This document shows, in pieces, positions 1-9,761 of a DNA stretch of 28,405 bases. The notes below the pieces were generated by a model. It did not search any database, had not been told where the DNA came from, and saw only the letters and a program-made list of their open reading frames with translations. The stretch is taken from the IMG/VR virus record IMGVR_UViG_3300030390_001258; one strand, 5' to 3'. The DNA is from an uncultured virus (IMG/VR IMGVR_UViG_3300030390_001258) (taxonomy: Duplodnaviria > Heunggongvirae > Uroviricota > Caudoviricetes). The position numbers were made by a program, and so were the translations under genes. How positions within the stretch are numbered: position 1 is the first letter of the stretch; each line of letters begins with the position of its first letter.

Positions 1-1376
1 ATTTTAGCTAAAGCTAATCCTTGGTCGTTTAAATTTCTATACTCAGGATCTGAAAAATTAGGAAGTCCGTCACCATCATGATCATCGTACATCGTTGGGT
101 CTTCTTGTGGTCCTTGGTATCTTTCACCTTGATTTTCAAGTAATTTAAAATACTCTTGTTGTAAAGGATTTAATTGAGGTACATCTTTAAAACCTGCTTC
201 ATCATATCTACGCATTCCTCCATACGCTGCTTTAATGTCGCCGGGGTTACGCCCTGCTACAGCCTCTTGCATTTTAGCTAAATAATTAACTTGCTCTTGC
301 CCGGCACCACTACTTACCATTTCTTTATGCTTGTCAGCAAAAGTCATCCCACCAGATTTCAGCTTATTAGAAAAGAAATAATCTTTCATTCCGCCTTGAG
401 CTGCAACCTGAGTCATTGTTTCTCCATCTTCCACTTCTGTTTGAGGATCTAACAATATACCGCTTTCTGAGCCCATACCTGCCTCATCATGCTCATTACC
501 TACAAACTCTACAGCTCCTTCGCCAATTGGTTGCATTACACCTCCTGGAAGTTGCTGCGGACTATCTTGCATTCCGCCTTGCATATACTGCTGAGCTTTA
601 GAATACATTCCACCGTCTTCTTCAACCATAACTTTTTGGCCGTTTATTATTTTATACTTACCCCCAAATTCATCGTTGTAATAAGTACTTTTCTCTTTCA
701 TGTCAGAGCGATCTTCATTTCCTGAACTTCCACTAAGAAGAGCATTAGCTCCCCCTCCTATTAAAGCAGCGCCTTTCATTCTGTTCATGTTAGTAGCTAT
801 CTGCTCAGGAGAAAACCCCATACTAGATAATCTTTTAGTAACTCCGGCAGGTACATACTCATAAGCTCCTTTAACAGCTTTTCCTACCTTACTATTTGTT
901 ATTTTATCTAGCATGCTAAATGTTTTTGTAGTAGCCTCTTGCCCTTTAACAACTGCAGGAAGCATTTTACTTTTAATTTTGCTTACGCCTTTAGGTAAAG
1001 ACATTTCAGGAAAGTGTTGTAAAGGTTCTTTTAAAATAGTTTTATTAGGAGAGATTTTCTTTTTTATAGCTTTACCTGCGTCCATTGTTCTATCCGCAAC
1101 TTTCATTATTTTTTTACCGTACTTAGTAGCATTTAATGCTGTTCTAGCACCTGTTCCTATTGAACCAATAAACGGTATCATAGCAGCCATACTTATACCT
1201 GCATTTTTCCAATCTCCTTGAGCAGCATATAACCCTGCATTAGTAAGATCTGCAAATTCGCCAATACCAGGAACCATACCAGCACCATCCAGACTCATTT
1301 GAATCTTCTGCATTGTAGACATTACCTCTTCTTTATCTGAAGCCTCTTTTTTATTATTTTTATTAGGTTGTTTCAT
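1..1376 (-). CDS. Putative virion cargo/ejection protein (crAss-like), 3'-truncated by the window edge, >=458 aa, with an N-terminal pre-toxin-TG-like hairpin
   Basis: Not in the ORF track; translated by hand. ATG at 1374-1376 and open to position 3. Sequence begins MKQPNKNNKKEASDKEEVMSTMQKIQMSLDGAGMVPGIGEFADLTNAGLYAAQGDWKNAGISMAAMIPFIG and later has GNEHDEAG..EVEDGETM..DYFFSNKL..TFADKHK..LAKMQE, which resembles the G.H...G/EVE.GE/DY.FS..L motif I recall from crAss-like cargo proteins. Lies downstream of the muzzle gene, where cargo genes are expected. Confidence 0.75.
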   Translation of the reverse strand, partial: MKQPNKNNKKEASDKEEVMSTMQKIQMSLDGAGMVPGIGEFADLTNAGLYAAQGDWKNAGISMAAMIPFIGSIGTGARTALNATKYGKKIMKVADRTMDAGKAIKKKISPNKTILKEPLQHFPEMSLPKGVSKIKSKMLPAVVKGQEATTKTFSMLDKITNSKVGKAVKGAYEYVPAGVTKRLSSMGFSPEQIATNMNRMKGAALIGGGANALLSGSSGNEDRSDMKEKSTYYNDEFGGKYKIINGQKVMVEEDGGMYSKAQQYMQGGMQDSPQQLPGGVMQPIGEGAVEFVGNEHDEAGMGSESGILLDPQTEVEDGETMTQVAAQGGMKDYFFSNKLKSGGMTFADKHKEMVSSGAGQEQVNYLAKMQEAVAGRNPGDIKAAYGGMRRYDEAGFKDVPQLNPLQQEYFKLLENQGERYQGPQEDPTMYDDHDGDGLPNFSDPEYRNLNDQGLALAK

Positions 1377-1386
1377 TGTATGTTTT

Positions 1387-2322
1387 TTATCCTATTCCAG
1401 GTAATTTTCTGCCTATATCTGAGCCAGAGTACGTTTTAGATTTATGTCTTCCTGCTGCTGCTGCAGCCCATGAAGATTTGAATTTATCTGATGCTTTAGC
1501 ATTATAATTAAATAGTCTGCTTTTTTTCTCACTTTCTTGATTGGCTTTTTCTGTTCTAGCTTTTTTACGACTAAACAATCCTTTTCCTAGTCCGTATAAA
1601 CCACCTGCAATACCTCCAATTGCAGTCCCAATACCAGGTAACAACATAGAACCAATTTGAGCACCAGTACCTGCTGAAGAAGCTACGTCTCCTACAACTT
1701 CACCTGCGTTCCATTTAGTAGCATCTTTATCATCAGAAAGCATTGAGAGCCCTTTTCCCGCTATAGAGGCTACCGCGTAAGGATTTATTTTAGCAGCTGT
1801 AGAAGCTACTTTAGCGGCAGTTGCTCCGACTTGTCCAGCTCCTTCTGTTACAATCCCTTTTGCAGCTTGTTTTGTAGCTTGTTTTGCTAATTGCTTTTTA
1901 GCAAACTCAGTTCCAAGAAATTTAGTACCAATTTTACTTCCTGCAAATTTAGTTCCTTCAGAAAGCATGTTTTTACCAGCAGTAAACCCTAGCTCTTTTG
2001 CTCCAAGTTGTAAACCTTTAGATAAAACTTGTTCTCCTAAACCAAATCGATTTTTTAAATTGTTTGCGTTAGCTTGACGATCAGTTTTATTTATTTGATC
2101 TTGCTCCTTAAACTCTGCTGCAGTTGTTTCAGATTGTTGTATTAGACGTTGCTTCTCAGCTTCTAATGCAGTTTCTCTTTGCGCTTGAAGCTCAGGATTG
2201 TTTTCTTCCATAACAATATTTCCTGTAGACCCTGCTCCTATACCAGATGGCACTTCGTTAGGCTCATACATACCTGCTAAAGCATATTTTTTTCTTTTTA
2301 TTTTTCTTTTATATTTCGACAT
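1387..2322 (-). CDS. Putative cargo/ejection protein with glycine-zipper membrane segments (311 aa)
   Basis: Basic N-terminus, coiled coil (ELQAQRETALEAEKQRLIQQ), Gly/Ala-rich amphipathic helices and a glycine zipper GAQIGSMLLPGIGTAIGGIAGGLYGLGKG. Immediately after the muzzle gene with a TAATG overlap, the position of the first cargo protein in crAss-like genomes. Confidence 0.65.
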   Translation of the reverse strand: MSKYKRKIKRKKYALAGMYEPNEVPSGIGAGSTGNIVMEENNPELQAQRETALEAEKQRLIQQSETTAAEFKEQDQINKTDRQANANNLKNRFGLGEQVLSKGLQLGAKELGFTAGKNMLSEGTKFAGSKIGTKFLGTEFAKKQLAKQATKQAAKGIVTEGAGQVGATAAKVASTAAKINPYAVASIAGKGLSMLSDDKDATKWNAGEVVGDVASSAGTGAQIGSMLLPGIGTAIGGIAGGLYGLGKGLFSRKKARTEKANQESEKKSRLFNYNAKASDKFKSSWAAAAAGRHKSKTYSGSDIGRKLPGIG

Positions 2323-5300
2323 TATCTAAAATCTTTTCTTTTTTCTGTAGCAGAAGCATACAAATTTACTGAATAATTTTCAGAATTACTACAAATTAAT
2401 CTAATACCTAGCCATTTGTCTACGAATTTTTTTTGTAAATTCCAAAGTTTTTCTAAGTTTAAATATTTTACATTCTGTATTTCATACATTCCATTAACTA
2501 AAAACATATTATCATGATCCGGCAAAATAGTACCATCACTCACTAAACCTACAACATTGAGTGCCTCAGGAGTATAGTACTCTGTGCTAACTGTTTGAAG
2601 CGTAGACATATCTCGAAACTTATTAAATCTCCAACTATTTCTAGTTTTTCTTATATTTACTAAGTACTCGAATTTTAATTCCTCAGACATTTGAACACTA
2701 TTATATAAAAATGCTGAAGTAAAGCCACTATGCTCTAAGTTTTTAGTATCGTTTATTCTAACATCAGCTGCATAATTAACACTACTAAAAGTTAAATTTA
2801 TATCTTTCGTTTCGTTATCTATAAATTCTATTTCAAAAGGGTCTATGTTAGTAAAATCAAATTCAAATGTCTCATGCCCAACAGGTATAGTAACTAAACC
2901 TCCGTCATAAAACGATCCATAACGACCAACGCTGTGCTGCCAAATGTATTTGTCTACAAACTCAGAGCCTAAAGACTCATAATTTCCTCCAATAAATAAT
3001 GAATTAGTAGCATCATCTTCTGTAGATGTTACTCTATCTGAAAGTGAATAAAACTCTGCCGACGTATTAAAATACAAATACGGCACGTATGAATGAAAAC
3101 TTCCCCAAGAGTTATTTTCTGGGTAATACGAAACAGTCCATCCGCCTTTAGAAAAATATTCTTTATCGTCGCAATTAACTACTTTCGTCTTTAACGCAGC
3201 AGGTTCAATCGGAGAGTTATCATAAGCCCTTTTACGTATAGGAAGAACAGATAAAGGCGCTAACCTTGGGCTATGAAATGTAGCCCCCCACGTAGGGGTA
3301 TTATTTGCTAAGTTAACACTATGCCCAAATGTTAAAGCTCTACTATTAAAATTAGTCCCAGATATAGGGTCTGGGCTAGAAGACCAAAATCTACCGTAAC
3401 TCAAACCGTTAGGATCATACTGAGCTCCGGCTAACCCAAATGGAGGCGCAGGAAACGGAGATGTATTTGCATTTTCGTGATATGTTTGTAATACATTTAC
3501 TGCTTCTTTTAATTCTTTTCTATTAGGTAAGTACCAATCATTAAAAGTTTCATTCCCAATAGTTACAGTGTACTCACTTGCAATATTTGAGGCTGTTTTT
3601 GCTGGGTAAGACGAAGCGTTTGGATTAACATAATCTTCTATTAACGAGATTGTATTAAAAAATATTGATGCGTGTGAGACACCGGAATTATATAACCCTA
3701 CCTGACAGTTATTTTGTAATAGTGTAGTATTACCTTGACCTCCACCCCAATCCCACTCATTAAAACCTTGGTCTGGATTATCAGCTAAATCAACTCCGTG
3801 ACATCCAAATTCTACAGAAGGCTTAGGTGATGTATGATCCCCATAAACAACTGCTGTTGTGGGAACTACATACGCGTATCCATCTGCTTCATCTATGTGT
3901 ACCACAATACCTTCGGCTACTAAATCTCCAATGTTACCATTAAAAGTAGTAGGAGCAGCGTCGCTAGACAAAGCTGCAATACCAATATTAGTTTCTAAAG
4001 ACATATTGCCTGCAAGAAGCTGCGCTTCTATCCAGATAGGTATATACTCAAAAAGAGATGTTACTCCTGCAGCAGTTAACATAGCGGGGGTTACATAATT
4101 ATCCGATATAGTTCCTGTAAAACGAAAAATAGTATTTGCAGAAGTATACCCTAAATATTGATCCGTTATAAAAAATGGTGTACTTATATATGCTCCACTT
4201 GGCGCTGCTGACCAGTTTAGCATATCAGACCCACTAGGATTGTTTTGAGTTAGTTCGTCTAGATTCCATAAAGGTATACCTATTGTTGAATTAACCATGC
4301 CTCCATACATTAACATTGCACTATACATATCACTTGCAGGTGCTTCAGTACCAGTTATATTTTCTACAAACTCATTTAAAAGTTTATTGTAATAGATGGC
4401 TCCTGTATAATTTTGATTTACTAATCCTATTCCCCACCCTTCTTTAAAACGTCTTGTAGGTATTGAATCTCTTAAAGTAAGAACAATTTTTCTATGCTTA
4501 GGATCCCACACAGAATGCAGTCCATTACAGTAGATAGGGTTGTCTGCAGGTAAAAGGCCGTACTCTTGTAGACTAAATTTTAAATTTGTTCTAAACCACT
4601 CTTCCATACCTAATAAACTAATTTCTGTAAGTTTATCAGACATTAAGAATATTTTTTTGGATCTTAAATCTACAAAAAAGTATCCATATCTAGTTGTTAA
4701 AGATGCCCACTGTGATTGTGTACCCCCATACCCTGTTGCAGTTTGTACAATTTCATCAGGATCTTGCTGAAAAATATCACCGCTTCCTACAAACGCTTCT
4801 GAGCCATCATTCATTTGCATAGATTGTTTACCTTTAGCAGCAAACAAACTGTTTTCCATGTGAAAATAAAGCAAATTATTAAAACTTGCTAACTTCCAAA
4901 GCTCTCCTCTATTCTTAGGAAGATCTTTAAATTGAGAAGCTAAAAATATTCTATAGTTATCAATAAAACTTCCTGCATCTGCTTTTGTACTTCTGTGCGC
5001 ACGCGTAGAAAAATCTGTTTGATTTATATTACGTATAGGCAAAGGGAAAGCAGGTCGTATATCGTTACTTGCAGAATAATTATCATTATACCGTAAGTTG
5101 TCTACATGAGAAAAATCTTTGCCGGCATACTTAATTAATTGCTTAGCGGGTGCTCCTGGAAAATATAAAGAGTCATCATCTTCTGCATGTCTAAGGCTTA
5201 TATTATCTGGAGTTTCAACTATGTGATAATGAACAGCACGTTTTGGGTTAGACAGATCTTCTGGATTGCTTGGAGTTAAACTAGAAACAAACCCATATCT

Positions 5301-8300
5301 TGATATAAATGTATCTCCACCAAAAATACCGGCAGGGTATATTGCTTTTGTATTAAAACTATTTGCTCCCGCACCACCCCATCCTAATATAGGTTCTAAA
5401 TACGAAGGACTCTTAGGGCGATCATCAAAAACAAATTTGTCTAAGTCAGATCCAACAACTTCATACCCTGTATACACTAACGTTTGTGCGTCTATAGATT
5501 TATAAACATCAGTTTTAAATGCATCTAAATTAGCAATAAAAATATTACTTCTATCAGTTGTATTAGTAGTAGATAAGTCAGGATTAACTAGCAATGAAGC
5601 CATGCCTTCGTGTGCGCTTCCATAATCTAACGAAGAAAGACCAGCTGGGTCTGCATCAGGTTTATTGTCTAAAGCTTTTAATAAGTTTCCATCCCGTAAA
5701 CCAAAAATAGCAGTAGATTCTCCAAACTCATTAAACACTTTACCTCCAAACCCTAAAGAATGCCCACTAAAAATACTATCACCTAATAAATAAGTCTTAG
5801 CTTTTTGTCCTAACATTTTAGAGTAAGCGCCGTTAGCAAAAGACAATGTTTGATCTATACCGTCAGTTACTCGAGCGTAAATACCGCCAATAAATATAGC
5901 AGAATTAATTAAAGATGGGTAGCAATTAAAGTTCGCATCATACCCCCAATCTTCTCTAATATTAATAGGCTCAGTATCAGAGTCAAAATTCTCCAACCTT
6001 GTAACCATCTTTTTATCTTGATGAACTGTGGGCCCATTCCACACTAAATTACCTACTCTATATTGAGGAGTAATATGTGTTGCTGGGGACAAACTATTTT
6101 TACTTCTTAGTAAATTAAAATCTGGAAAAGAGAAATTTCTATAAAATCCAGCTTCATATCCTGTATCAGTACTAATTAACGGCCAAGGATCTTTGTTATA
6201 AAATATTTCTGGACTGTTTTGTAAAGTACCTAGTATCTGCATTGCTTCAGGAGCTCCATTAGATTCTGAACACATGCCGATTACATTAGCCTTTTTAGAC
6301 ATTGGTAATATAGGAGCTTGCCCTAATATAGTTTTATTTTCATGAGTTCTTTTAGCTCTATAAATTCTAAAACCTTGTACTTGATCTTTTAAACTTTTAG
6401 GAATTTTAACATCACTAAGATCAAATCCTAAAATATTAACTTCGTGTTTAATTTTAGCGTCATATTCATCAGCTGAAATACTCTGAGATGCAATTGTTAA
6501 TTCAATAAAGTGGGTATTAGTCTTACCGGCATTAACAGTTCCACTATTTATGTTTACACTATTAGCAAAAGTTACTTTTCTGCTACCATTTTGGTCAGCA
6601 GCCCACCCACCTCTACCCTGCAAATAAATTTGGTCCCCCGCATTTAAACTTATAGGTATTCCTTCTCCTTCAGGTGATGTTCCACCTGGTGCATTTATTT
6701 CAGGATACATTAAAGTAGTAGTTTCAGTACCATGTTGTTTTGGCCCATCATTTCCGTAATTAAAAGAGTTTCCTTCATAATTAGCTGCTGCATAGTATTG
6801 CACATTATCTTTTATAATAATAAGTCTAGATCTTGTACTATCACACATATTACCACCCCCATCAGATCTGTAAGCATATGTTCTATAACTTAAACTGCTT
6901 ATAGTCATTGGACCAGGAATAACAATTCTATCTCCATTTGGGCAAAACGCTCCAAAAGCTTCATCATCAGATATTTCGCTTGATGAATGCACAGCTGCAT
7001 CAAATGTACAAGGCACGCTCCAAGTAGAGCCATTTTCTGTAATACCCCCATTTGCTGAGTTACCAGGCCACTTAGGACCTCCTGGGTTAGAATTACCTAA
7101 TCTATATACTTTAAAAGTTCCTGTATAATCTGCGCCTATCTGAGATGTACCAGCGCTTAGCGCTGTCTCAATAATACTAGAATCTTGAGTAGGATTATCT
7201 GCAACGTATTCAACCTGAGATACAGATGAAAATTTAGCAACGCTGTTAGATGGAAAATGATGATGTCGAACTTTTTCTCCTTTTAAAGAATCTATAGCTT
7301 CATTAGTATCCAGACTTGTTTCATCCCAAACATCAAAATTAGAATTAGAAGGATACACTTCATTTGTGTTTTCCCAATAATTCATATACTTATTATTAAT
7401 AGAAGTACTGTCTACAACATGAAATTTCTTTGCGTAAGGGCTTAAATGTTTTAAATTAGAATGTGGATTTGAATCTGATAAATCTGATAATAATGTAAGC
7501 TCACTAGAATTGTCTGCACTTTTTCTTCCAGGTATGTGGTAAGCATAAGACATGCTACCGTCATGTAATATAAATGCTATATAAAAAGCATACACTTCGT
7601 CTCTCATGTATCCTTTATATTGATAACTTAACTTATCAGATCTGTAAGATTTATCTGCATCTATGTTTTCTACAGTAGATGATGCTCCATAACTATCTAC
7701 CGGCGTAGTACCAAAGCCTGTTTCAAAATTATCTACAGAAGCAATAAATGTATCAAATTCAGATATTGTTTTTATTTTAGCTGTAAGCTTTATATTGTTT
7801 GCGTATTTTTGAAATCCTATATCTTTATTGCTTGTAGTATTTCCTAAATATAAAACGTCATCTAACTGTACTATATTTTTAGCAGTATCATAACCAATAG
7901 TATCTACAATAACACTTTCTATAGGAGCGGCAGATACATTTTCTGTACCATTGAATGTCACACCATTAGCTATTACTGTATTTACTTCTATATCGTTTAA
8001 TCTGTAAGCATCAGTAGCTTCTCCCATTTTTCGAATTACAACGGGGCGTATGTATTTATAATCTATTTTACCAGTATTAGATACTAACCATTTAATTGCT
8101 TTTGATGTCTGAGTACCAGCTTTTGCTCCATCTACTTTAGTAGTAGGCCTTGTAGAATTAAACTCTTCTACAATAGCTACAGGATTAGAAACAGATAAAA
8201 AATTTGTAGCAACAAGATCTTCATCAACATAAGCTAAAGCTAGATAATAAATACCAGTGGATAAGCCTCCTCCTTCAGATATTGCAGGGTTAGCGGCAGT

Positions 8301-8879
8301 CTCAGATAATGTAATTGTTGGTATTGGTCCTGAGCTTGGAAAAAGATTAAGTAAATCTATGTGGTGCTCATGAGATTCTGTAGCGTCAATACCATATAAA
8401 TTTGCTTTACTTGAATCAACACTTAAATTTCTTTGCTGCCTAGATACGTTAAACGCTCTTGGAGGGTTTAAGTCATCAGTAAAATAAATTATTAAATCGT
8501 TATTTGAATTTATTTTATACGTACCTTCAAGTAAATACTTTACGTTAAAATTTAAACCCGGCTTATCTGCTGTCACTACAGGGTTATATAAAGAAGTATA
8601 AATACCTTTATCCCAAATACCTATTTCACTGCGCTTAAATGAAGACGTAGAGTCGCTTTCTTTTGAAAAAATTACAACTCTATTATCTGAAACTTCTATA
8701 GCACCTAACGCAACGTGGCCTGGCTCTAACGATCCGGCCTTTATTGTTCCTTTTTCGTTAGATATAGATCCTTTTATTCTGTTAATAACAGCATTTAAAG
8801 CATACCTCCATGTATTTTCAGGCTGATCAACATGACCAGTATCTTTAAATAGCCCTTTTAAAAATCTTTTTTCCGCCAT
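2322..8879 (-). CDS. Tail muzzle / tail stabilization protein (crAss Tstab-like), 2,185 aa, with large insertions
   Basis: Motifs typical of this family: FLKGLFKD..., IYFTDDLNPPRAFN, KGYMRDEVYAFYI, YAYHIPGR, VRHHHFP, IFGGDTFISRY, GYGGTQSQW, WTVSY....W.SFHSY.P, and a C-terminal KFVDKWLGIRL. Directly downstream of the tail tubular gene. Confidence 0.85.
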   Translation of the reverse strand: MAEKRFLKGLFKDTGHVDQPENTWRYALNAVINRIKGSISNEKGTIKAGSLEPGHVALGAIEVSDNRVVIFSKESDSTSSFKRSEIGIWDKGIYTSLYNPVVTADKPGLNFNVKYLLEGTYKINSNNDLIIYFTDDLNPPRAFNVSRQQRNLSVDSSKANLYGIDATESHEHHIDLLNLFPSSGPIPTITLSETAANPAISEGGGLSTGIYYLALAYVDEDLVATNFLSVSNPVAIVEEFNSTRPTTKVDGAKAGTQTSKAIKWLVSNTGKIDYKYIRPVVIRKMGEATDAYRLNDIEVNTVIANGVTFNGTENVSAAPIESVIVDTIGYDTAKNIVQLDDVLYLGNTTSNKDIGFQKYANNIKLTAKIKTISEFDTFIASVDNFETGFGTTPVDSYGASSTVENIDADKSYRSDKLSYQYKGYMRDEVYAFYIAFILHDGSMSYAYHIPGRKSADNSSELTLLSDLSDSNPHSNLKHLSPYAKKFHVVDSTSINNKYMNYWENTNEVYPSNSNFDVWDETSLDTNEAIDSLKGEKVRHHHFPSNSVAKFSSVSQVEYVADNPTQDSSIIETALSAGTSQIGADYTGTFKVYRLGNSNPGGPKWPGNSANGGITENGSTWSVPCTFDAAVHSSSEISDDEAFGAFCPNGDRIVIPGPMTISSLSYRTYAYRSDGGGNMCDSTRSRLIIIKDNVQYYAAANYEGNSFNYGNDGPKQHGTETTTLMYPEINAPGGTSPEGEGIPISLNAGDQIYLQGRGGWAADQNGSRKVTFANSVNINSGTVNAGKTNTHFIELTIASQSISADEYDAKIKHEVNILGFDLSDVKIPKSLKDQVQGFRIYRAKRTHENKTILGQAPILPMSKKANVIGMCSESNGAPEAMQILGTLQNSPEIFYNKDPWPLISTDTGYEAGFYRNFSFPDFNLLRSKNSLSPATHITPQYRVGNLVWNGPTVHQDKKMVTRLENFDSDTEPINIREDWGYDANFNCYPSLINSAIFIGGIYARVTDGIDQTLSFANGAYSKMLGQKAKTYLLGDSIFSGHSLGFGGKVFNEFGESTAIFGLRDGNLLKALDNKPDADPAGLSSLDYGSAHEGMASLLVNPDLSTTNTTDRSNIFIANLDAFKTDVYKSIDAQTLVYTGYEVVGSDLDKFVFDDRPKSPSYLEPILGWGGAGANSFNTKAIYPAGIFGGDTFISRYGFVSSLTPSNPEDLSNPKRAVHYHIVETPDNISLRHAEDDDSLYFPGAPAKQLIKYAGKDFSHVDNLRYNDNYSASNDIRPAFPLPIRNINQTDFSTRAHRSTKADAGSFIDNYRIFLASQFKDLPKNRGELWKLASFNNLLYFHMENSLFAAKGKQSMQMNDGSEAFVGSGDIFQQDPDEIVQTATGYGGTQSQWASLTTRYGYFFVDLRSKKIFLMSDKLTEISLLGMEEWFRTNLKFSLQEYGLLPADNPIYCNGLHSVWDPKHRKIVLTLRDSIPTRRFKEGWGIGLVNQNYTGAIYYNKLLNEFVENITGTEAPASDMYSAMLMYGGMVNSTIGIPLWNLDELTQNNPSGSDMLNWSAAPSGAYISTPFFITDQYLGYTSANTIFRFTGTISDNYVTPAMLTAAGVTSLFEYIPIWIEAQLLAGNMSLETNIGIAALSSDAAPTTFNGNIGDLVAEGIVVHIDEADGYAYVVPTTAVVYGDHTSPKPSVEFGCHGVDLADNPDQGFNEWDWGGGQGNTTLLQNNCQVGLYNSGVSHASIFFNTISLIEDYVNPNASSYPAKTASNIASEYTVTIGNETFNDWYLPNRKELKEAVNVLQTYHENANTSPFPAPPFGLAGAQYDPNGLSYGRFWSSSPDPISGTNFNSRALTFGHSVNLANNTPTWGATFHSPRLAPLSVLPIRKRAYDNSPIEPAALKTKVVNCDDKEYFSKGGWTVSYYPENNSWGSFHSYVPYLYFNTSAEFYSLSDRVTSTEDDATNSLFIGGNYESLGSEFVDKYIWQHSVGRYGSFYDGGLVTIPVGHETFEFDFTNIDPFEIEFIDNETKDINLTFSSVNYAADVRINDTKNLEHSGFTSAFLYNSVQMSEELKFEYLVNIRKTRNSWRFNKFRDMSTLQTVSTEYYTPEALNVVGLVSDGTILPDHDNMFLVNGMYEIQNVKYLNLEKLWNLQKKFVDKWLGIRLICSNSENYSVNLYASATEKRKDFR
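3228..3935 (-). other. DUF1566/Lcl-like (C-type-lectin-fold) domain inserted in the muzzle protein
   Basis: IGD...GIVVHID; GGGQGNT; FNDWYLPNRKEL; FWSSS; VLPIRK match the DUF1566 pattern. Boundaries approximate. Confidence 0.75.
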
Positions 8880-9760
8880 TATCTTTCAAAGTTTTCTTTT
8901 GAATTTAATTGTTCAAATACTAAATCATGTTTATCTAAAGATGGTACCATGTGCACCCACTGATTCATAAAGGATTCATATTTATCTATGTCAGGGTAAT
9001 TTGCAGCATTACGCGCTTGTGTGCAGTAGTATTTCCACTGCTGCTCTGCAAACATATAGTCTACCCCATTGTTAACTAGAGTAGGGTACGACAATAATAA
9101 TTTTTTATATATATACCAAAACATAGCTTCTTTAAAACTTATGTCTGCAGGTACTAATGGAAAGTTATCTCCGTCAACAGGGAAAGCCATGTAACTTATA
9201 CAAACGTTTCCAGTTTCAAAAGAAGTTTTTATATACCCATTATCTATAATGTACGTTTCTTCATGCTTTGCATTTATGTTTACGCATTTTTCACAATGAA
9301 TACTTTCATGAAATGTACTAGATCCATATTGTAAAGGAGTTAGAGACGCTTCGTTTTGAAAGAATACATTTTGTAAAATAACAATACGACTATTAATTTC
9401 TTGAAGTGATACCACAGTGTTGCTGTAAGGTAACCCCTCTTCTTGAGCTGCCGCAATTGTATCTGTTAAAGTTCCTACTTTAGCAATCAATGTATCTAAC
9501 TCAGATGTAACAGAGGGAGATATAGCAGAGTTTACAGCTACTTGATTTATGTAGTACAAATCTTTAGGAAGTACATGTCTGTGGTCCTTCATAGGTAGGA
9601 CCCCTGTTTTAGTAACAAGCTGAGAAGAAGATCCAATATGCTCTAAAGCTTCTCCTATCCATTCAACTGCATCATCAATCCAATTATCGTTTTGAAGTCG
9701 CAAATCTCTGAACAACTTTCTTATTACAACTTTGCTGGACTCTGTTCTGTATATAGCCAT
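8879..9760 (-). CDS. Tail tubular / ring protein (crAss Ttub-like), 293 aa
   Basis: VIRKLFRD..D.VEWIGEALEHIG; Y.IDNGYIKTSFETG.V.ISY.AFPVD...FPLVP; EA.FWYI..K; QQW..Y..QA. Immediately upstream of the muzzle gene. Confidence 0.85.
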   Translation of the reverse strand: MAIYRTESSKVVIRKLFRDLRLQNDNWIDDAVEWIGEALEHIGSSSQLVTKTGVLPMKDHRHVLPKDLYYINQVAVNSAISPSVTSELDTLIAKVGTLTDTIAAAQEEGLPYSNTVVSLQEINSRIVILQNVFFQNEASLTPLQYGSSTFHESIHCEKCVNINAKHEETYIIDNGYIKTSFETGNVCISYMAFPVDGDNFPLVPADISFKEAMFWYIYKKLLLSYPTLVNNGVDYMFAEQQWKYYCTQARNAANYPDIDKYESFMNQWVHMVPSLDKHDLVFEQLNSKENFER

Positions 9761-9761
9761 T

